The translations under genes and the position numbers were made by a program. This document shows positions 9,508 through 18,702 of a stretch of 47,656 nucleotides of DNA, piece by piece. Under the pieces are notes generated by a model that did not search any database, was not told the origin of the DNA, and saw nothing but the letters and a program-made list of their open reading frames with translations. This DNA is from a virus. Its lineage: Duplodnaviria > Caudoviricetes. The stretch is from the IMG/VR virus record IMGVR_UViG_3300037419_001718, positions 1 to 47,656 of that record; one strand, written 5' to 3'. Every line of letters starts with the position of its first letter. The first letter of the stretch is position 1.

Positions 9508-11316
9508 TCAGCCTGCGGGGATCTGGCGGGACACGGACGCGTCGAGCTGCGGGCGGCCGCCGCGCATCCCGGCGATCAGCCGCTGAATCGGCGGCAACAC
9601 CTCGGGCTGCTGGACGTCCAGCGGGCTAGGCTGCCCGCCAGGCGGGGCCGGGGCGCCCGTGTCTCCGGCGCCCTGGTCCTGCCCCGGCTGCTGCTGCTGC
9701 GGGTTCTGCACCTCGGGCGCGAACGCCTTGATGAACAGCTCCTCGATCGGCTCGCCGTTCTGGCGGCCCTTCACGATCTCGGCCACCGAGCGCAGGATCG
9801 GGCGCGGGTCCTGGCCCTGCGCGATCAGCTGGCCCACCCCGCCGGTCAGCCCGATCAGGCCCTGCTTGAGCCCGTCGGCCATCTGCTCGACGTCGATGTT
9901 GCGCTGCATCTGCTCGGCGTCGACCGCCCACGGCAGGTTGCGGCGGACCGTGTCCCGGTCCACCAGCATGTCGCCGCGCAGCTGGAGCATCATCACGATC
10001 GCCGCGTTGGGGCTCAGCCCGGCGGCGAAGCCGTAGGTGACCTCGCAGGCGTACACCCCGTGGATGTCCTTGGCCGGGGTGTACGCGAAGTCGTAGGGCT
10101 CGCCGTCGAGCGAGCCGGTGATCTGCTTGCGGGTGTTGGGCCAGACCTTCTCGTCCAGCTCCAGGGCGTAGCACACGACGTGCTGCAGGCACTCGCCGAT
10201 GACGGTCTGGGCGGTGGCGATCTGGGTGTCGAAGGACCCCATCAGCGCCTGCACGCCCCGGCCGGTGATGACCGAGGCGTCCATCCCGCCGGAGCGGCCC
10301 TCGGGGAACCGGGCGGCCAGCCGCTGCTCCTCCTGGAGGGTCTGCTCCATGGCGAACAGGGACTGCGGCACCTCCAGCCCGACCCGCTGCACCTGGCCGG
10401 GGTTGTCGGTGACGATCACCGCGTCCGGCCCGATGGCCAGCTCCTGCATGTCGCGGGGCACCGCGATCGGCGCACCGACCGCCTTGACCGCGCCCTCCAG
10501 GCCCAGCATCGCCATCCGGTGCCGGGCCAGCTGCACCCAGATCACCTGGTCGAACTGGCCGGTCGGCTCGGCGAACAGGCCGGGGCGCTCGGCCACGCGG
10601 GCCATGCAGCAGTCCAGCGGGTTCTCGTACCGGGCCAGCACCAGGCCCTTGCGCTCGGGCAGGAAGAGGGCCACCTGGTCGTGGTCCATCCACTGGACCA
10701 CTTCCAGCTTCTCGTCCCCCGAGCACAGGGTGACGTTGCCGAAGTCGTCCATCTTGGTGCGGATCGACCCGGCATACTCGGGGAACAGGTCGCAGAGCTT
10801 GTCGACCGTCTCCCGGTAACAGTGCGCCAGCCGCACGGTGTTCCCGTCGCGGTCGTTGTCGTAGTAGGTGCCCTCGGAGGGCATGTGCCGGATCATCGGC
10901 AGCTGGCACGTGTAGTCCGGCTCCACGTAGAGCACGGCAAATCCGTAGGAGAAGTACGCGTCGGCGAACGCGATCATGTGGCTCTTGAGGTTCGCCTTGC
11001 GCAGGTAGTTCGCCACGATCTTGTTCTTGGTGGCGGCCCGCCGCTTGTCCGCCTCGGTGCGCATCGCGCCCGACACGCAGTTGAACGCCGGGAGCGGGGC
11101 CACCATCTCGGCGAACTCGCGGGCGGTGTTCTCGATGAAGTTGGCCACGATCGGCTTGCGCCAGGTCTCGTTGAACAGCTGCGGAAACAGCAGCTGCGGC
11201 TCGCCCTTGCGAACCAGGCCCAGCTCGATCATGCGGGCGTCGCGCTTCACAGCGGCCCGCTTCATCTTGCGGACCCGCTCCACGAGCGGCCCGGCGGTGC
11301 TCAGGGGCGAGGTCAC
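9508..11316 (-). CDS. Portal protein
   Basis: 602 aa directly downstream of terminase; IVANFI.. N-terminal motif, Q/P-rich low-complexity tail; AAGGAG RBS. Confidence 0.85.
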   Translation of the reverse strand: MTSPLSTAGPLVERVRKMKRAAVKRDARMIELGLVRKGEPQLLFPQLFNETWRKPIVANFIENTAREFAEMVAPLPAFNCVSGAMRTEADKRRAATKNKIVANYLRKANLKSHMIAFADAYFSYGFAVLYVEPDYTCQLPMIRHMPSEGTYYDNDRDGNTVRLAHCYRETVDKLCDLFPEYAGSIRTKMDDFGNVTLCSGDEKLEVVQWMDHDQVALFLPERKGLVLARYENPLDCCMARVAERPGLFAEPTGQFDQVIWVQLARHRMAMLGLEGAVKAVGAPIAVPRDMQELAIGPDAVIVTDNPGQVQRVGLEVPQSLFAMEQTLQEEQRLAARFPEGRSGGMDASVITGRGVQALMGSFDTQIATAQTVIGECLQHVVCYALELDEKVWPNTRKQITGSLDGEPYDFAYTPAKDIHGVYACEVTYGFAAGLSPNAAIVMMLQLRGDMLVDRDTVRRNLPWAVDAEQMQRNIDVEQMADGLKQGLIGLTGGVGQLIAQGQDPRPILRSVAEIVKGRQNGEPIEELFIKAFAPEVQNPQQQQPGQDQGAGDTGAPAPPGGQPSPLDVQQPEVLPPIQRLIAGMRGGRPQLDASVSRQIPAG

Positions 11317-11328
11317 GTCACTCCTTGG

Positions 11329-13170
11329 TCAGGACACGAGGTGTTCGCCCCGGAGCTGGGCTTCCAGCAGCTCCTGGAGGTTCACGACCTGGCGGGAAGC
11401 GCGGTCGGCGCGCGAGATGTACTGGTTGTCCAGGTGGCGCGGCACGTTCTTCGCGCGGTCCAGGACCTTCTGGATGCCGATGTTGGCGAACCACAGCGCC
11501 ATCACCAGGTCGGTCAGCGTGTGCTGCTTGCCGGTGCGCGGCTGCCAGGTGGTCAGCTGGGTGACCAGCTGGTCGACGAACGTGGCGAACTTGGGGTTCG
11601 GCAGGGAGATCAGGTGCTTGTCGGTGGGCAGCGGTTCCCACTTGTCGGTGGCCAGGTCGTGCGTGGCGGTCGAGAGGAACAGCGGCGCCATCGAGGACAC
11701 GCCCAGGTCGTCGTCCCACTTCTTCGCCCCGGTGTAGTGCTCGGTGAGCAGGCAGCCGTGCGCGAAGCAGAACTCGCGGAGGTCCTGCTGCCGGGTGAGG
11801 AAACCCTGGAACGCGTTGCGTTCCACGACCGCCTCCCGGCAGCGGTACTTCTCCACGAAGTGCTTGATCTTGCCCACCAGCAGCTCCGGCGGGCACTTGG
11901 CGTAGTTGAACCCGTCGAGCACGAACCGCCGCCCGGTGGCCTGATCCAGGCCCACCACGATCATCGCGGTGTAGCCGTCGGCGGCCGGGTCCACCCCGAG
12001 CACGCAGTACAGGTTGCCGCCCATCGGCCCGGCCGCCCGGCGGCCGTCGATCGAGGCCAGCACCGCCCCGGTGGGGAACACCTGGTCGATCGAGGCGTCC
12101 ATCTGCTGGTAGGTCAGCTGCCAGCGGGACTCGGTCTTCGCCTCGGCCTTGAGCCGGGCCAGGGACATCCCCGGCCACTTCTCCGGCCACAGCGTCACCC
12201 ACGAGTCCGGGTGCGGCTCGGGCATGTCGAACACCGCAGGCTGGGCGAAGTACGTCCAGATCGGCGTCTCGCCGTCCCACTCCGCCAGGTCGCGCAGCTC
12301 GGAGTACAGGTCCGTCGGCGCCATCCGGGTGCCGAGGGTGATGAGGATGCCGTCGTCGTCCACCCGGGAGGCGACCTCGGTGCCGACGAAGTCGGCCATC
12401 TTCTCGTACGTGTGGACGTTCTGCGAGTCCACCGTGTCATCGAGGATGATGACGTCCAGCCGGGAGCCGTAAATCTGGCCGTTGAGCCCCAGCGCCTGCA
12501 GCGTCGGGTCGTTCTGCGCCTGGTCCACCCCGGCCAGGTAGATCGCCGTCTGGGTCCAGCCCTCGCCCTTCCAGCCGCCCTCGGGCATGAACGCGGCGTG
12601 CAGCTTCGCGTACTTGGGCAGGGTGAGGATCTGCTTGATCTGGTGGATGATCTTCTTGGCGAAGACCTGGGTCTTGGACAGGATGCAGATGCGGACGTTC
12701 GGGTCCTGCATCATCCGCCAGACCGAGTAGTTCACGCTCCACACCTGGGTCTTGGCGTGGTAGGGCGGGAAGTTCAGCAGCACGCGGTTCGAGCGCCCCA
12801 CCTGGAAGCGGATCGCCGGGTGCATCGACCGGGGCTCCCGGCCGTTGAGCACGTCCCACACCCGCAGGTGGTGCTCCGGCAGCGGCTGATCCAGGTACAG
12901 CGCGCAGAACTCGGGGAAGTCCGGCACCTCCGGGCGCTCGCCCTGCGCCCGCTTGCGGGCCGCCCGCGCCACCTCGCGCATGTCGTCGACCAGCGCGGCG
13001 AACGCCGGATCGTTCTTCCGCCAGTCCTTGTACGTCTCCTCCGCGCGGTCCACCAGCGCCATCGCGTCCCGCACCGACACGCCCTCGCGGATCGCCTCGG
13101 CCACCCTCGCCTTGGCCTCCGACATGGTCGTGCCCCGCTTCGGGGACGACGTCGCGCGGTTCACAGCCAA
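11329..13170 (-). CDS. terL: Terminase large subunit with N-terminal HTH-like extension (start TTG 13170 or ATG 13125)
   Basis: Walker A-like LLNFPPYHAKT, Walker B VIILDD, RNase H-like LGVDPA ... VVERN ... DLVMALW. Confidence 0.92.
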   Translation of the reverse strand: MAVNRATSSPKRGTTMSEAKARVAEAIREGVSVRDAMALVDRAEETYKDWRKNDPAFAALVDDMREVARAARKRAQGERPEVPDFPEFCALYLDQPLPEHHLRVWDVLNGREPRSMHPAIRFQVGRSNRVLLNFPPYHAKTQVWSVNYSVWRMMQDPNVRICILSKTQVFAKKIIHQIKQILTLPKYAKLHAAFMPEGGWKGEGWTQTAIYLAGVDQAQNDPTLQALGLNGQIYGSRLDVIILDDTVDSQNVHTYEKMADFVGTEVASRVDDDGILITLGTRMAPTDLYSELRDLAEWDGETPIWTYFAQPAVFDMPEPHPDSWVTLWPEKWPGMSLARLKAEAKTESRWQLTYQQMDASIDQVFPTGAVLASIDGRRAAGPMGGNLYCVLGVDPAADGYTAMIVVGLDQATGRRFVLDGFNYAKCPPELLVGKIKHFVEKYRCREAVVERNAFQGFLTRQQDLREFCFAHGCLLTEHYTGAKKWDDDLGVSSMAPLFLSTATHDLATDKWEPLPTDKHLISLPNPKFATFVDQLVTQLTTWQPRTGKQHTLTDLVMALWFANIGIQKVLDRAKNVPRHLDNQYISRADRASRQVVNLQELLEAQLRGEHLVS

Positions 13171-13262
13171 CGGTGGGTAACTCCTTGCTCACACATTCGT
13201 TGAGGCATCTCAACGGGCCACGGGCGTTTGACCGTGCGCCGCAACGGCAAAAGGAGCGCACC

Positions 13263-13466
13263 ATGGTCGCCATGCCCAGCGAGGGTCTGCCGAAGAACCT
13301 GCTGCGCCGGGAGCGCGCCCGGCGGCACCACGCGCTGGTCGTGCCGCCCGACCCCCGGCGCGACGACGCCGCGTGGGAGCTGCTGGGCCGGGCGTTGAGC
13401 AGGACGGGGCGTCGGGAGCCCGGCTCGACCGACGCCCCGTCCAGTGGTGCGGCCCGCACTCCCTAG
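13263..13466 (+). CDS. Small hypothetical protein divergent from terminase
   Basis: AAGGAG RBS before ATG 13263. Confidence 0.45.
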   Translation: MVAMPSEGLPKNLLRRERARRHHALVVPPDPRRDDAAWELLGRALSRTGRREPGSTDAPSSGAARTP

Positions 13467-13559
13467 GCAGCGGGTCGCAGCTTGCGTGCCCGGGGCGGCT
13501 TCCCCTCCGCCCCGGGCGATGTACACACCGGCCTGCCCGCCTCAGGGCGGATGATGAAG

Positions 13560-14100
13560 GTCAGTAACGGACCGGCGTCGTGTACTCACCCAGTGTAACA
13601 CGGATTCCGTGATCTTGGTCCGTGCCGCCTGGAGACTCGGAGCCTTGACCGCCGGAGGCCCAGACCGGATGCGGAGCGCCAGCGGAGCATTTGCCTTGGT
13701 CGGATCGCAAAAGTATTCGCGCGCGCACGCGCGTCGTATTCGTACCGAGCGAAGCGAGGTACGAATCCGAATCCGTATCCGGACCGGCCTCCCTTTGATT
13801 CCGGCCGGTCGGCGTAAGCCGACCCGAACCGGTCCGAACCGGGTCGCTTCGCTCGTCGGTCGGTCGCTTCGCTCCCTCCCTCTACTAGTAATGGACGTGT
13901 CCGGACCGGCCGGTCCGGACAGCCGCGACAGAACGTTACACAACCGTTACAAACCGGGGTGGCCAGACCGCGCCCCCAGGCGCGGCCCCAGCCGGTCCCC
14001 GCCCGGCACCCGGCACCCCCCATCCCCCAGAAAATCGGAGCGGGGTACGTGTAAACAGGTGAGCGCGCGCAGTTAACAACCCCGGGTGCGCGCGAGCGGG
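13560..14100. other. Non-coding palindrome/repeat-rich region; candidate replication origin and/or packaging end
   Basis: Multiple hairpins, three GAGCGAAGCGA copies, perfect 24-bp palindrome 13898-13921, GTTAC-N6-GTTAC; lies between the divergent arms. Confidence 0.5.
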
Positions 14101-14365
14101 CAGGCGCGAACGCGCAGGTCAGACGTGGGGCGGCTGGCATCGCCGCTGTCCGGCGCTACAGCGGCCAGCGGCCAGGGCCCCAGCTCGACCAGGTCGCACA
14201 TGTGTGCCATGTGGCAACAGTCGTCGACCTGGTCGACGCCACGCACGCCCCACAGACCGGCCGGAGGGAGCCGCGCCACGGCCGGTGGAGCGGCCGCTCG
14301 ACCGGGTCGGGGCGGTCCGGGCCGTGCCTGCCTCGTGTGTGTCGACGCGCGAGGACTGGACCGAA

Positions 14366-14395
14366 TTGACGGGATGCGACGGTGGATGCCAAGCT
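14366..14395 (+). promoter_or_regulatory. Putative SigA-type early promoter
   Basis: TTGACG-N18-CAAGCT with extended -10 TG. Confidence 0.45.
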
Positions 14396-14450
14396 GGTGC
14401 CGCACCGCCCCGGGATCGGCCCGGGTCGGACGACAGGAAGGCACACGACG

Positions 14451-15236
14451 ATGAGCACGACGACGGTGCAGGTGACCAAGCTGACCGCCCCCGATGGCGT
14501 GATTCGCCTGTTCACGAGCGGCAACGGCGACGACGACCGGAAGGCGGCGCGGCAGGCCGCGCAGAAGCTGCACGGGTTTGGGTCAGTCGGCGCGAACCCC
14601 ACGCCCCGAGCGGCGAAGCTGTCCGACGGCCGCCAGGGGTTCGTCTGGGAGTTCACTCCGGTGACGACGCGGAAGGCGACTCCGGCGGGTGACCGGCCGG
14701 TCAAGTGCCACACAGGCGAGCACGACGCGCTGCTGTGCCCGGGACACGAGGCGGCTCCGGTCGCGGCTCCGGCGGCCGCTACGCCCAACGCGGACCGCTC
14801 CGGCGAGCACCCGGCGCTGATGGCGCTGGGGGCTCTGCCTCCGGCGCTGGTCGAGGTCCTGCGGCCGCTGGTCCTGGCGTCCCTGCAGGGCCAGCTCTCC
14901 ACCGAGGAACAGGCGGCGGCGGCGGCCGTGGTTTCCGCGACGGTCGCACCGGTGGCCGCCCCGGCCGCCCCGGCCGCCCCCAGGGTCCGCGAGGACGGCC
15001 CCGGCTCGTTCGTGGTCGACGTGATCCAGCGGAAGGCGGCGGAGAAGGCGGCCTACGCCTGCCAGCGGTGCCAAGACCTGGGAGTCGTCCCTGGTCGCGG
15101 TCCGAAATGGGAGGCGGGGCGGGCGTTCCGCACGCCGGGTGGCGCGAGCACGGCCCCGACGGCGGTGACCTGCCCGGCCTGCGGCGGCCAGCACAACCAG
15201 CGGATGCGGGAGTTCGCCGCGACGCTGACGGCCTGA
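14451..15236 (+). CDS. Early protein with C-terminal Zn ribbon
   Basis: AGGAAGGCACAC leader; CQRC...CPAC. Confidence 0.7.
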   Translation: MSTTTVQVTKLTAPDGVIRLFTSGNGDDDRKAARQAAQKLHGFGSVGANPTPRAAKLSDGRQGFVWEFTPVTTRKATPAGDRPVKCHTGEHDALLCPGHEAAPVAAPAAATPNADRSGEHPALMALGALPPALVEVLRPLVLASLQGQLSTEEQAAAAAVVSATVAPVAAPAAPAAPRVREDGPGSFVVDVIQRKAAEKAAYACQRCQDLGVVPGRGPKWEAGRAFRTPGGASTAPTAVTCPACGGQHNQRMREFAATLTA

Positions 15237-15248
15237 CCACTCACGGTT

Positions 15249-15276
15249 CCGCCCCGGCTCACACGAGCCGGGGCGG
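15249..15276 (+). terminator. GC-rich hairpin
   Basis: CCGCCCCGGCTC-acac-GAGCCGGGGCGG after stop. Confidence 0.65.
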
Positions 15277-15353
15277 TTCCGTGTCTGACCAGTCCTGGCA
15301 GGCAGCACGACGGCGGGCGTGATCGGCACGGCCGCACGACGAGGGAGGCACAC

Positions 15354-15599
15354 ATGATCGCCATCACGACACAGGGGCTCGTCCCCGATCACGATTGGGC
15401 ACGCCAGCAGGTACGCGTGCTGGCCATCGCGCACGCCCATGGCTACGTGGGGCTGTCGGCCGCCGGGGCGCTGGACTACCTGCGCGCCATCGAACCCCCG
15501 ACCTCAGCGGACGACGCGGTCGTCTGGACGTTCGCCGACGAGCCGGTACGGGCGGCGCACGTGTCCCTGTCGGAGCGGCGCGCGGCGGTCTCGGCATGA
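15354..15599 (+). CDS. Hypothetical protein
   Basis: GGGAGGCACAC-ATG leader. Confidence 0.7.
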   Translation: MIAITTQGLVPDHDWARQQVRVLAIAHAHGYVGLSAAGALDYLRAIEPPTSADDAVVWTFADEPVRAAHVSLSERRAAVSA

Positions 15600-15778
15600 G
15601 CGCCCCGACGGTGCGGTTCCCGTCCCTGGTCCGGTGCCAGCCTCTCCCGTGGATGGCCATGTGGGCACGTGACCACCTGGACGGCTTCCCGGTCCGGTTC
15701 GCGCCGGATGTCGCACGCCGCTACGGCCGGAACTACCCGCCGCCGGTGCCAGCACGGCCGGTGCGCCTGCCGCGCTGA
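15596..15778 (+). CDS. Hypothetical protein
   Basis: ATGA overlap with upstream gene. Confidence 0.5.
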   Translation: MSAPTVRFPSLVRCQPLPWMAMWARDHLDGFPVRFAPDVARRYGRNYPPPVPARPVRLPR

Positions 15779-15790
15779 CACGCTCCTCCT

Positions 15791-15826
15791 GACGAGCCCC
15801 CGACCCACCCGGGTCGGGGGCTCGTC
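15791..15826 (+). terminator. 16-bp perfect-stem hairpin
   Basis: GACGAGCCCCCGACCC-accc-GGGTCGGGGGCTCGTC. Confidence 0.75.
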
Positions 15827-15850
15827 TGCGTTCCGGGGGCGTGCGGCACC

Positions 15851-15880
15851 GTGCTGGCACGTGCTGGCACGTGCTGGCAC
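15851..15880. repeat. Tandem 10-bp repeat (GTGCTGGCAC)x3
   Basis: Read directly; inverted copies at 15746-15755 and 15911-15920 (one mismatch). Confidence 0.9.
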
Positions 15881-16109
15881 GCCGTCGGGCCGTCCTGGCG
15901 TCGTCGGGGCGTGCCAGCATGCCCAGCGCGGCCTGTGTACGCCCCGTGGACGGCCTGGAGGGGTCGAGGTGGCATGAGAGACTAGGGACGGCCGTCGGAG
16001 CTGCCAGCGGGGCGCTGAGGGGCCCTAGCGCGCATATCCGCAGGTCAGAGGGTCGGTCCGATTCCCGGACCGTCCCATGCACGTGCACGTACACACACAG
16101 GAGGCACAC

Positions 16110-16655
16110 ATGCGAGAGGTTGAGAGCTGGTCGCCTAAGGCGGGCAGCGACGCGCCCGTGCACTACCGCGCGGCCGAGGCCGAGGCGTGGGCGGCCGGGT
16201 ACAACGCGGCCGTGGAGGACTGGTCGCCCCAGGCGGGCGGCGACCTGCGCGCACAGGTCGCCGAGGTCAACGCGGACATCGCGCGCCTGCGCGCGGCGGC
16301 CGAGGCGAACAGCAACGACGCCGAGATCGAGGCCGCGCACGACCTCGCAACGGACGTGGAGCGCCTGTTCGGGATGCTGTCCTGGCCGGGAGTCGAGTCG
16401 CCTCGGGCGGGCGGGGACACGGTGACCGTGTGGGTCATGCCGCACGACGACCCGGAGGTCGTCTGGATCGTCAACGACGAGCGCGACATGGAGGGCAACT
16501 GGACCGACCTGCACACGGAGGGCATCGACGCGGGCTCGCTCCAGGAGTACCTGGACACGTGGACGCGGCTGGAGATGCCCGCCGGGCTGTACCGGCACGG
16601 CTCGCGCGAGGCGATCAACGCCTGGGTCGAGGCGCACGTGGACGGGGAGGGCTGA
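16110..16655 (+). CDS. Acidic hypothetical protein
   Basis: AGGAGGCACAC-ATG leader. Confidence 0.75.
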   Translation: MREVESWSPKAGSDAPVHYRAAEAEAWAAGYNAAVEDWSPQAGGDLRAQVAEVNADIARLRAAAEANSNDAEIEAAHDLATDVERLFGMLSWPGVESPRAGGDTVTVWVMPHDDPEVVWIVNDERDMEGNWTDLHTEGIDAGSLQEYLDTWTRLEMPAGLYRHGSREAINAWVEAHVDGEG

Positions 16656-17044
16656 TGCGCATCCACACGAACACGCTGACCCGCCGCGACCTGTACGAGG
16701 CCGCCGAGGTCGCCGAGCGGCGCTGCGACCACGGCGCGGTGAGCGTGCACCAGGCCGAGGAGCACGGCTCGCGGACGCACGCCGCCGCGTACGAGGTGAC
16801 CCTGGTCGGCGACGGCACCTACTCCGGGGCTCGCACGCAGCGGTTCTCGCACCTGTACGCGGCGTCCTGGGAGTCCTGGGGGGCGTTCCTGGCCGAGCTG
16901 TGGCGGCGCGACCCCACGATGCGCACCAGCTGGTACACGTCCGAGGACGTCTTCCACGAGATCACGCACGGGGCGTTCCGGCCGGGCGTGCCGATCACCA
17001 CGGTGGGTCGCCGGAGCCGGGCACGGGTGCGGGCGCGGCGCTAG
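16655..17044 (+). CDS. Hypothetical protein
   Basis: TGATG coupling, GGAGG RBS, MRIHTNTLTRRDLY... Confidence 0.7.
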   Translation: MRIHTNTLTRRDLYEAAEVAERRCDHGAVSVHQAEEHGSRTHAAAYEVTLVGDGTYSGARTQRFSHLYAASWESWGAFLAELWRRDPTMRTSWYTSEDVFHEITHGAFRPGVPITTVGRRSRARVRARR

Positions 17045-17057
17045 TCGCCTCGGGCGG

Positions 17058-17091
17058 GTGGGCCCCCACGGCTACGGCTGTGGGGGCCCAC
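17058..17091 (+). terminator. Intrinsic terminator with cUACGg loop
   Basis: GTGGGCCCCCACGGC-tacg-GCTGTGGGGGCCCAC then T run. Confidence 0.75.
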
Positions 17092-17098
17092 TACCGTT

Positions 17099-17137
17099 TT
17101 GACCGATTCCGAGACGGTCTGACAGCATGATGGCAGC
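17099..17137 (+). promoter_or_regulatory. Promoter overlapped by three 8-bp TGAYRG boxes
   Basis: TTGACC-N18-CAGCAT; 22/25 identity to 32465-32489. Confidence 0.6.
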
Positions 17138-17179
17138 GGCTCGGACCGGCCGGGCCGCCGGAGGGGAGAAGGCACACAC

Positions 17180-17596
17180 ATGATCTACGAGAGCGGCACG
17201 ATCGGGAGCCACTACGGGCGCTGGAAGGACCTGGTCGGTGCGAAGGTGCGCGTCGACATCCAGGGCATGACGCTGACCGCGTACGTGCGCTCGGAGAGCG
17301 CGAGCGCCCACGGCGGCGGCGGCGTCGTCCGGTTCGGCGGGGAGCAGGATGGCAGCACCACGCTCTCCAAGTACGCCCGCGACCTCGTCCTGCTGGAGGT
17401 GCTGGAGCGCCCGACCCTGCCCGACGACTACCCCGACGGCACGGTCGTGCGGTACCGGTACGGCCATAACAGCTACGGCTGCGCCGTCAAGGCGGGCAAC
17501 GGGTGGGCGACGACCAACGGGACCAGCCTGTCCTGGAAGCAGCTGCTGGCGAAGCGCCCGCTCACGGTGCTGGCCGAGTCCAAGGTCCTCGACTGA
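17180..17596 (+). CDS. Hypothetical protein
   Basis: GAAGGCACACAC-ATG leader. Confidence 0.75.
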   Translation: MIYESGTIGSHYGRWKDLVGAKVRVDIQGMTLTAYVRSESASAHGGGGVVRFGGEQDGSTTLSKYARDLVLLEVLERPTLPDDYPDGTVVRYRYGHNSYGCAVKAGNGWATTNGTSLSWKQLLAKRPLTVLAESKVLD

Positions 17597-17970
17597 TGGG
17601 CGCCGCGAAGGACGAGGTCGCGGCCGTGCGGGCCGAGTTCGAGGCGTTCAGGGCGAGGGTGCGTGCCAAGGCGATCGAGGTCGCCGAGGAGCAGAACTGG
17701 TGCAACGAGGGCCTGAACGAGGTCCTGGTCGACCTGGGCCTGGAGCGCACGCCGGTCGACTGCGCGGTGACCATGGAGGTCACGCTCAGGTTCGACAGGG
17801 AGCTGACCGACCCGGACGCGTTCGGCAGGGAGTTCCAGTTCCCTGTGTACCGATCCGGGCGGGGCTACGACACCTCCGGGGGCCCGGAGATCCGGCGGCG
17901 GTTGCGGGAGCTGCTCGACGACCCCAGCGTCGAGCTGGACTACGTGACCGTGGACGTCGAGGAGAACTGA
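17596..17970 (+). CDS. Hypothetical protein, paralog family member 1 (NWC..GLNEVL.DLGL)
   Basis: TGATG coupling; motif shared with 18789 and 19243 proteins. Confidence 0.75.
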   Translation: MGAAKDEVAAVRAEFEAFRARVRAKAIEVAEEQNWCNEGLNEVLVDLGLERTPVDCAVTMEVTLRFDRELTDPDAFGREFQFPVYRSGRGYDTSGGPEIRRRLRELLDDPSVELDYVTVDVEEN

Positions 17971-18052
17971 GCACGCCGGGAGCGCCCGTCGCCTGCGGCG
18001 GGCGTTGCCGGGACTGCTCAGTCCACTTCCGCACCGAGTAGGAGGCACATCC

Positions 18053-18649
18053 ATGTCCGCTCCGACCAGGACCGAGACCCGCATCAACACGGCCAAGCTG
18101 GTCGACCTGTACGTATGGGCGCTCAAGCAGCACCGGCGCAAGGAGGCCGGGCTGCCGTCCGAGTGGAACCAGTCCGCCTGGCTCACCCGCCGCGCGGAGA
18201 GCCCGCTCACCGTGATGGGCGGCTGCGGCACCGCCTGCTGCTTCGCGGGCAAGACCGTGCTCGACGCCGGATACGTGCCCGTGTACTACGACGGCGACTA
18301 CCACCTGGGCTGGAACGGCGCCGAGGACGGCGACGACACCGAGTACGTCATCAACGTGGAGAAGTTCCTCCTCGGCGAGGAGGACATGGACACCGAGGAC
18401 GCGAAGCGGTCCACCGAGGACGTGGCGCGGGAGATCCTGGGCCTCAACTACGACGAGGCCTGGGCGCTGTTCACCGGCGACAACAACATCGAGGACGCGC
18501 GGCGGGTCATCTCCGTGCTGTTCGAGAAGGCGGGCGAGCCGCTGCCGGAGATCCTGCTCGCGGAGACCGGCGAGGAGCCCGAGGGCTGGTGGCGGAACTG
18601 GTCCGGCGAGACCGACCCCCGCGAGAAGCTGCTCGCGTACTACGTCTGA
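18053..18649 (+). CDS. Hypothetical protein with CGTACCFAG motif
   Basis: AGGAGGCACAT leader; acidic, Cys cluster. Confidence 0.75.
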   Translation: MSAPTRTETRINTAKLVDLYVWALKQHRRKEAGLPSEWNQSAWLTRRAESPLTVMGGCGTACCFAGKTVLDAGYVPVYYDGDYHLGWNGAEDGDDTEYVINVEKFLLGEEDMDTEDAKRSTEDVAREILGLNYDEAWALFTGDNNIEDARRVISVLFEKAGEPLPEILLAETGEEPEGWWRNWSGETDPREKLLAYYV

Positions 18650-18702
18650 CGTGCACGCCCCTGCGGCCGTCCGATCGGGCGGCCGTGGGGGAAGCCGTCG
18701 AT

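Noticed and set aside
3254-13203. Very long plus-strand ORFs (1909 aa, 1241 aa) and Arg/Gly/Pro-rich off-frame ORFs
   Set aside because: Antisense or frame shadows of real high-GC genes; no motifs, and composition typical of stop-poor GC DNA
13542-14450. ORFs predicted across the inter-arm region
   Set aside because: No RBS or GC3 bias, Arg/Pro-rich translations, and they overlap palindromic non-coding structure
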